A stretch of DNA of 64,000 nucleotides from Nocardioides sp. (lineage in GTDB: Bacteria > Actinomycetota > Actinomycetes > Propionibacteriales > Nocardioidaceae), in the NCBI RefSeq assembly GCF_041600255.1, contig NZ_JBFIKK010000001.1:564-64563 (forward strand). The letters run 5' to 3'. Under the pieces are notes generated by a model. The model ran no database searches and was not told the origin of the DNA. It was given only the letters and a program-made list of their open reading frames with translations. A program made the position numbers and the translations under genes. Every line of letters starts with the position of its first letter. Position 1 is the first letter of the stretch. Below are positions 57,607-64,000 of this stretch, piece by piece.

Positions 57607-58170
57607 ATGAGCTGGACGAACTTCCAGAACCGCGGAGAAGTCCTCCGTGCCGTCATCGCCACTGCCGACGCCCGCCGGGACGGAGTCCTTCCCCTGGACG
57701 TCGACGGAGTTGCCGAGACCTTCGGCGACGCCATGACCCTTCTCGGGGCCCTGCAACTGCGCTGGCACACGCGTCTCGCCGGCCGCATCGAGCAGGAGTT
57801 GATGCACCAGCCGATGAACCTCGAGGAGGCCGTCATCGCGGCGTGGCACGCCACCGCCGACGAACTGCCGGGCATCCTCGCGATCGTCGACCACTACCGC
57901 GCCGAGCCGATCGACAACGAGATGGCCCTCGCCATGCTCAAGTCGGCGCACAACGAGCACCTGCTGCTGGCCGTGATGGCCGGCAAGGGCAGCCTCGAGG
58001 ACGAGGCGGCCGCCCGGGCAGGAGCCCAGCTCGAGGCCAAGGCACGCGCCACGCACGTGCCCACGCCGCACGCCTCGGTGGCGCGGATCCCGCAGGGTGG
58101 ACGCCACGCGGCGCACACCCACCACGTCCGGCTGATGTTCGACCGCCTCAAGGCGGTGCTCGCAGCCTGA
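57607..58170 (+). CDS. Conserved hypothetical protein (TetR C-terminal-like helical)
   Basis: AAAGGAG RBS, actinobacterial codon usage, LLGALQLRWHTRLAGRIE motif. Confidence 0.75.
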   Translation: MSWTNFQNRGEVLRAVIATADARRDGVLPLDVDGVAETFGDAMTLLGALQLRWHTRLAGRIEQELMHQPMNLEEAVIAAWHATADELPGILAIVDHYRAEPIDNEMALAMLKSAHNEHLLLAVMAGKGSLEDEAAARAGAQLEAKARATHVPTPHASVARIPQGGRHAAHTHHVRLMFDRLKAVLAA

Positions 58171-58179
58171 CCCCGGACC

Positions 58180-58257
58180 ACAGCCCCGGTGCCGACGCAC
58201 CCCTCCCTCCCAGCGGCCCTCCCACCGCGACCCCCTCCGCGTCGACACCGGGGCTGT
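58180..58257 (+). ncRNA. Candidate C-rich structured RNA / terminator with four CCUCC motifs
   Basis: 18-bp stem with one mismatch enclosing CCCCTCCCTCCC, a GCGG/CCGC hairpin with CCCTCCCA loop, and CCCCCTCC. Confidence 0.4.
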
Positions 58258-58290
58258 TCCCATTTCCGGGGGCCGGGCCATGATGGGGCC

Positions 58291-58860
58291 ATGACCGAAC
58301 CGTGGGGTGGCGTGCAGGCCGGCATGCTCCTGGTGGCCACGCCCGCGCTCCAGGACCCGAACTTCGCCGACACGGTGGTCCTGCTGCTCGACGTCGACGA
58401 CAACGGAGCCCTCGGCGTCGTCCTGAACCGCCCCTCCGGTGTACCCGTGGCAGAGGTGCTGGCCGGCTGGGCGGACGCTGTCGCGGAGCCCGACGTGCTC
58501 TTCCACGGTGGTCCGGTCAGCACGGAGGGGGCGCTCGCGGTGGCCCTGCTCCGCAGTGACGACGACGTGCCGGTCGGCTTTCGGGAGGTCAGCGGCCTGC
58601 TCGGCATCGTCGATCTCGACACCCCGACCGAGCTGGTCGACGGAAGCCTCAGCGGGCTGCGGATCTTCGCCGGCTATGCCGGCTGGGGGGTCGACCAGCT
58701 CGAGGGCGAGATCCGCGAGGGCAGCTGGTACGTCGTACCCGGGGAGGCCGCCGACATCTTCCGCGACGACCCCACCGGCCTGATCCGTGACGTGCTGCGT
58801 CGACAGCCCGGCGAACTCGCGTGGCACTCCACACGTCCGGCCGACCCCGACCTCAACTGA
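58291..58860 (+). CDS. YqgE/AlgH family protein
   Basis: LLVATP.L.DPNF..TVV, GVVLNRP, GGPV, FAGYAGW..DQLEGEI..GSW. Confidence 0.93.
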   Translation: MTEPWGGVQAGMLLVATPALQDPNFADTVVLLLDVDDNGALGVVLNRPSGVPVAEVLAGWADAVAEPDVLFHGGPVSTEGALAVALLRSDDDVPVGFREVSGLLGIVDLDTPTELVDGSLSGLRIFAGYAGWGVDQLEGEIREGSWYVVPGEAADIFRDDPTGLIRDVLRRQPGELAWHSTRPADPDLN

Positions 58861-58877
58861 CGCGCCACTGAACTACA

Positions 58878-59171
58878 GTGGTCCCCGTGACCAGCATCGG
58901 ATTCTCGCCCGGCCTCAAGGTCGACGAAGACGTCCGTGAGGACCGTCGCACCGTCCCCACCGACGATGGCGACCACGAGCGTTTCTCGCACTTCGTCGAC
59001 AAGCACAAGCTCACCGAAGCGATGGTGATGGGCACCTCCGTGGTCGCCCTGTGCGGCAAGGTGTGGGTGCCCAGCCGTGCCCCGGAGAAGTTCCCGGTCT
59101 GCCCGGAGTGCAAGGAGATCTGGGAGTCGATGAACCCCGGTGGCGATGGCGACGGGAACTCCGACGCGTGA
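58878..59171 (+). CDS. DUF3039 family protein
   Basis: GDHERFSHFV, VALCGKVWVPSR, PVCPECKEI. Confidence 0.93.
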   Translation: MVPVTSIGFSPGLKVDEDVREDRRTVPTDDGDHERFSHFVDKHKLTEAMVMGTSVVALCGKVWVPSRAPEKFPVCPECKEIWESMNPGGDGDGNSDA

Positions 59172-60967
59172 CGGGACGGCCTGACGCCGCTCCTCTCACG
59201 CCCGCACTTCCTCCGGCCTGGCCGGAGCGTGCTGCCTGGGGCACGGCCCCGTCACTGCGTGCGTGGCAGACAGCGGCCATGGAGCAGTACTTCTCCGCTC
59301 ACCCGCGCGACTTCCTCGCCGTCGCCACCCCCGGAGCCGGCAAGACGACCTTCGCGCTCTCGGTCGCGGCCGAGCTGCTCGGTCGACGCATCGTCGACCG
59401 GATCACGGTCGTCGCCCCCACCGAGCACCTCAAGCTCCAGTGGGCCGAGGCGGCCGCGCGGGCCGGGATCCCGATCGACCCGACGTACTCCAGCGGCAAG
59501 GGCAAGACGTCGCAGGACTACGTCGGCATCGCGGTGACGTACGCCGGCGTCGCGGTCAACCCGTTGGCCATGCGGATCCGCACCGAGAACTTCAAGACCC
59601 TCGTCATCCTCGACGAGGTGCACCACGCCGGCGACGCGCTGTCCTGGGGGGAGGGGGTCCGGGAGGCGTTCGAGCCCGCCACTCGGCGCCTGGCGCTGAC
59701 CGGGACGCCGTTCCGTTCCGACGTGAACCCGATCCCCTTCGTCACCTACGCGCCCGGCGCCGACGGCGTTCCGCGTTCGGTCGCCGACTACACCTACGGC
59801 TATGCCCACGCGCTGGCCGACCACGTGGTCCGCCCGGTGCTGTTCATGGCCTACTCGGGTGAGATGCAGTGGCGAACCCGCGCCGGGGACGAGATCACCG
59901 CCCGACTCGGCGAGCCGCTCACCAAGGACCTGACCAACCAGGCGCTGCGCACGGCGCTGGACCCCTCCGGGTCGTGGATCCCCTCGGTGCTGGCGGCGGC
60001 GGACAAGCGGCTCTCGGAGGTGCGCCGCCACGTCCCCGACGCCGGTGGGCTCGTCATCGCCACCGATCAGGACGACGCCCGGGCCTATGCGAAGGTGCTG
60101 CGTCAGATCACGGGCGAGGCCCCGACCGTCGTGCTCTCCGACGAGAAGCTGGCCTCGAAGAAGATCACCGCCTTCACCGAGAGCACCGATCGGTGGATGG
60201 TCGCGGTCCGGATGGTCTCCGAGGGCGTCGACGTGCCGCGGCTGGCTGTCGGCGTCTACGCCACCACGACGTCCACGCCGTTGTACTTCGCCCAGGCGAT
60301 CGGCCGGTTCGTTCGCGCCCGTGGCCGAGGCGAGACGGCGTCGGTCTTCCTGCCCTCGGTGCCCAACCTGCTCGGTCTGGCCACCGAGATGGAGGTCGAG
60401 CGCGACCACGTGCTCGGCCGCCGGATCACCGACGAGGACGACATCTTCGCCGCCGAGCAGGACCTGCTCAACCAGGCGCAGGCGGGGGAGTCGGCCTCCG
60501 GGGACGAGATGCTGGTGCCGTTCGAGGCGCTGGGCTCGGAGGCCCGGTTCGACCGGGTGCTCTTCGACGGCGGCGAGTTCGGCCACGCCGGTGAGGTGCA
60601 GGTCGGCTCGGAGGAGGAGATGGACTTCCTCGGGATCCCGGGGCTGCTCGAGCCGGCGCAGATGCGTGAGTTGCTCCAGCAGCGGCAGAGCGACCGGGCG
60701 AAGAAGCAGAAGGCGGCGGGGCCGAAGCAGTCCGAGCCGGACACGGTCGCCGAGGTGTCCACCCACGAACAGCTCGCCGTGCTGCGTCGTGAGCTCAATG
60801 GGCTGGTCGCGGCCTGGCACCACCGCACGGGGCAGGCCCACGGGATCACCCATGCGGCCCTGCGCAAGGAGTGCGGCGGGCCACCGGCGGCGGTTGCCTC
60901 GGCAGAGCAGCTGCACGAGCGGATCAACCGAGTCCGGGAATGGGCGGCGACCCGCAAGTCGTCCTGA
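59168..60967 (+). CDS. SF2 DEAD/DEAH-box helicase (conserved actinobacterial)
   Basis: ATPGAGKTT, DEVHH, LTGTPFRSD, MVSEGVDVP, QAIGRFVR. Confidence 0.93.
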   Translation: MTGRPDAAPLTPALPPAWPERAAWGTAPSLRAWQTAAMEQYFSAHPRDFLAVATPGAGKTTFALSVAAELLGRRIVDRITVVAPTEHLKLQWAEAAARAGIPIDPTYSSGKGKTSQDYVGIAVTYAGVAVNPLAMRIRTENFKTLVILDEVHHAGDALSWGEGVREAFEPATRRLALTGTPFRSDVNPIPFVTYAPGADGVPRSVADYTYGYAHALADHVVRPVLFMAYSGEMQWRTRAGDEITARLGEPLTKDLTNQALRTALDPSGSWIPSVLAAADKRLSEVRRHVPDAGGLVIATDQDDARAYAKVLRQITGEAPTVVLSDEKLASKKITAFTESTDRWMVAVRMVSEGVDVPRLAVGVYATTTSTPLYFAQAIGRFVRARGRGETASVFLPSVPNLLGLATEMEVERDHVLGRRITDEDDIFAAEQDLLNQAQAGESASGDEMLVPFEALGSEARFDRVLFDGGEFGHAGEVQVGSEEEMDFLGIPGLLEPAQMRELLQQRQSDRAKKQKAAGPKQSEPDTVAEVSTHEQLAVLRRELNGLVAAWHHRTGQAHGITHAALRKECGGPPAAVASAEQLHERINRVREWAATRKSS

Positions 60968-60998
60968 CCTGCGGCCACCTGCACCTAGACTCGCGAGC

Positions 60999-61634
60999 AT
61001 GGCCGCCGAGACCTCCCAGACGCTCGATCGCGGCCTCCGGGTCCTCGATGTCCTCGCCGGTACGCCGGGCGGGCTCACCGTCACCGAGCTCGCCTCGAGG
61101 CTCGAGGTGAACCGGACGGTCGTCTACCGACTGATCAGCACGCTCGAGCAGCACGGCCTGATCCGCAAGGACGCCCGAGGGCGCCTGCACGTCGGGCTCG
61201 GCGTCCTGCACCTGGCCTCGGCGGTGCAACCAGTGGTGCGCGACCTCGCCGTGCCGGTGCTGCGAGGGTTGGCCGAGGAGGTGGGGTGCACTGCGCACCT
61301 CACGGTCGCGGACGGTGACGAGGCGCTGGCGCTGGCCGTGGTCGAGCCGTCGTGGACGGACTTCCACGTGAGTTATCGGGTGGGTTCCCGCCACCCGTTG
61401 AGCCAGGGGGCGGCGGGCAAGGCGATCCTGCTGGGGCGCGAGCCCGAGATGGTCGACTTCGCGACGACCGAGGGCGAGCTCCAGCCGGGCGCCCGCGGGC
61501 TGGCGGCGCCGGTTCGTGGTGTGGAGGGCCTGGAGGCGAGCGTCGGCATCGTGACGCTCGGGCCGCTCGACGTCGAGGTCGCGGGGCCGTTGGTGGCCAC
61601 GGCGGCGGCCGAGGTGGCCGTGCGGTTGAAGTGA
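60999..61634 (+). CDS. IclR-family regulator
   Basis: SQTLDRGLRVL, NRTVVYRLISTLEQHG, GAAGKAIL, LAAPV. Confidence 0.92.
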   Translation: MAAETSQTLDRGLRVLDVLAGTPGGLTVTELASRLEVNRTVVYRLISTLEQHGLIRKDARGRLHVGLGVLHLASAVQPVVRDLAVPVLRGLAEEVGCTAHLTVADGDEALALAVVEPSWTDFHVSYRVGSRHPLSQGAAGKAILLGREPEMVDFATTEGELQPGARGLAAPVRGVEGLEASVGIVTLGPLDVEVAGPLVATAAAEVAVRLK

Positions 61635-61663
61635 CGGGCTGGGGTGTGTGCGATCGGGTGTCG

Positions 61664-61822
61664 GATTCACTGGTTAACCTGTGAATCTTCCGAGTTGAGC
61701 GCGCGTAGAGGCGCGCTGCGGTCCCATGCGCCCCATACGTCACGTCGAACATGGGAAACCCGCACTTCACCCGGGGAGTTATCTGGGTGAAGTGCGCAAT
61801 TCACTGGTTAACCAGTGAATCC
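61664..61822. repeat. Cluster of AT-richer palindromes (REP/BIME- or MITE-like)
   Basis: ATTCACTGGTTAACCAGTGAAT perfect 22-bp palindrome (61799-61820), one-mismatch copy (61665-61686), and a CGCACTTCACCCGG/CTGGGTGAAGTGCG stem (61761-61796). Confidence 0.75.
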
Positions 61823-62302
61823 CCCCTCCTCCACCGCCAGCGGCAGCACCCGGTACGGCACCTGCGTCGCCAGCGCGATCACGGTGGAGGAGCGCACGAT
61901 GACCGGGTTCTTCAACACCTGGTCGATCACCCGCTGCAGATCGGTGTTGGACCGCGCCACCACTCGCGCCCACATGTCGCCCGCGCCGGTGATCGTGTGC
62001 GCCTCCAGCACCTCGGGGATCGACGCCAAGTGCGCGCCGACTGCGTCGTGACCGCCCGGCCGGCCCTCGCGCCCGCCGGTGTCCTGGCGGATCTCGAGGG
62101 TCAGGAACGCCGTCACCGGATAGCCCAGCGCCTCGGGGGAGAGCTCCGGGCCCCACCCCGTGATCACCCCACGCTGGGTCAGCTTGTCGAGCCGGGCCTG
62201 GACCGTCCCGCGAGCGACGCCGAGCCGCCGCGACGCCTCCAGGACGCCGATCCGGGGGTCGTTGGCGAAGAGTTCGATCAATCTGCCGTCGAGATCGTCC
62301 AT
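61808..62302 (-). CDS. Lrp/AsnC-family regulator
   Basis: MDDLDGRLI, LGVARGTVQARLDKL, PEVLEAHTITGAGD; divergent from hppD. Confidence 0.95.
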   Translation of the reverse strand: MDDLDGRLIELFANDPRIGVLEASRRLGVARGTVQARLDKLTQRGVITGWGPELSPEALGYPVTAFLTLEIRQDTGGREGRPGGHDAVGAHLASIPEVLEAHTITGAGDMWARVVARSNTDLQRVIDQVLKNPVIVRSSTVIALATQVPYRVLPLAVEEGGFTG

Positions 62303-62329
62303 CAGCCACCCCTCTGGTGAGCACATTGA

Positions 62330-63619
<1,290 letters not shown>

Positions 63620-63630
63620 TCCCACCGCAA

Positions 63631-63664
63631 CGACGGGCACCCTCCACTCGGCGGGTGCCCGTCG
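63631..63664 (+). terminator. Hairpin after hppD
   Basis: CGACGGGCACCC-N10-GGGTGCCCGTCG. Confidence 0.65.
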
Positions 63665-63687
63665 CGGCGTTCGGGCATGATCTGCGG

Positions 63688-64000
63688 ATGGCGACCTACC
63701 TGGCCTTCCTGCGCGCGATCAACCTCGGTGCCAGGCGCCGATTCGGCAAGGACGACCTCGCCGCCGCCGTCGAGCGAGCCGGTTTCACCGAGGTGGCGAC
63801 CCACCTCAACACCGGCAACGTCCGCCTCGTCTCCACGCTGCGCTCGACGGCCCGGGTGGAGGAGGTGCTCGAGACGGCGTTCCTCGCCGACCGCGGCTTC
63901 GAGGTCCCGACGATCGTGCTGACCCCCGGTGAGCTGGCCGAGGTGGTCGCCGACGCGGAGACCCTCGCCGACGGTCACGCCGGCAAGCAGTTCGTGTCGT
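63688..64000 (+). CDS. DUF1697 family protein (5' part, truncated by window edge)
   Basis: YLAFLRAINLG, V.THLNTGNV, RGFEVPTIV. Confidence 0.85.
   Translation, partial: MATYLAFLRAINLGARRRFGKDDLAAAVERAGFTEVATHLNTGNVRLVSTLRSTARVEEVLETAFLADRGFEVPTIVLTPGELAEVVADAETLADGHAGKQFVS

Overview
High-GC actinobacterial chromosome segment; gene content and order suggest Nocardioidaceae (inference). Most of it is housekeeping or conserved DNA: sigE-rseA-htrA, pruA, kynA, the large NAD-GDH, ku with a split ligD, a tad/Flp pilus cluster, prfB, ftsEX-M23-smpB-ssrA, fabG, yqgE-DUF3039-helicase and lrp-hppD. No integrase, transposase, CRISPR array, tRNA or rRNA was seen. The standout is a ~3.2 kb insertion (27958-31168) between a NagD-like HAD gene and tadA. 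It holds (i) two duplicated units, each a TCAAG-N15-ACCGATG (sigma28/WhiG-like) promoter plus an unannotated 51-57 aa CxxC...WxH microprotein; (ii) five CGAC-core heptamers at exact 11-bp spacing, the architecture of a SARP operator; (iii) a cytoplasmic NAL1-like trypsin-fold protease with an intact triad; (iv) an apparent stand-alone copy of that protease's N-terminal domain; and (v) a small SARP/BTAD activator. Together these look like a self-contained regulated proteolysis module. Other notable items: an in-frame second C-terminus behind the stop codon of a secreted-protein gene, an ice-binding protein paired with its own class F sortase, a histidine kinase lacking ATP-binding boxes, a CCUCC-rich candidate sRNA, and two REP-like palindrome clusters. 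No database searches were run; family assignments rest on motif recognition.
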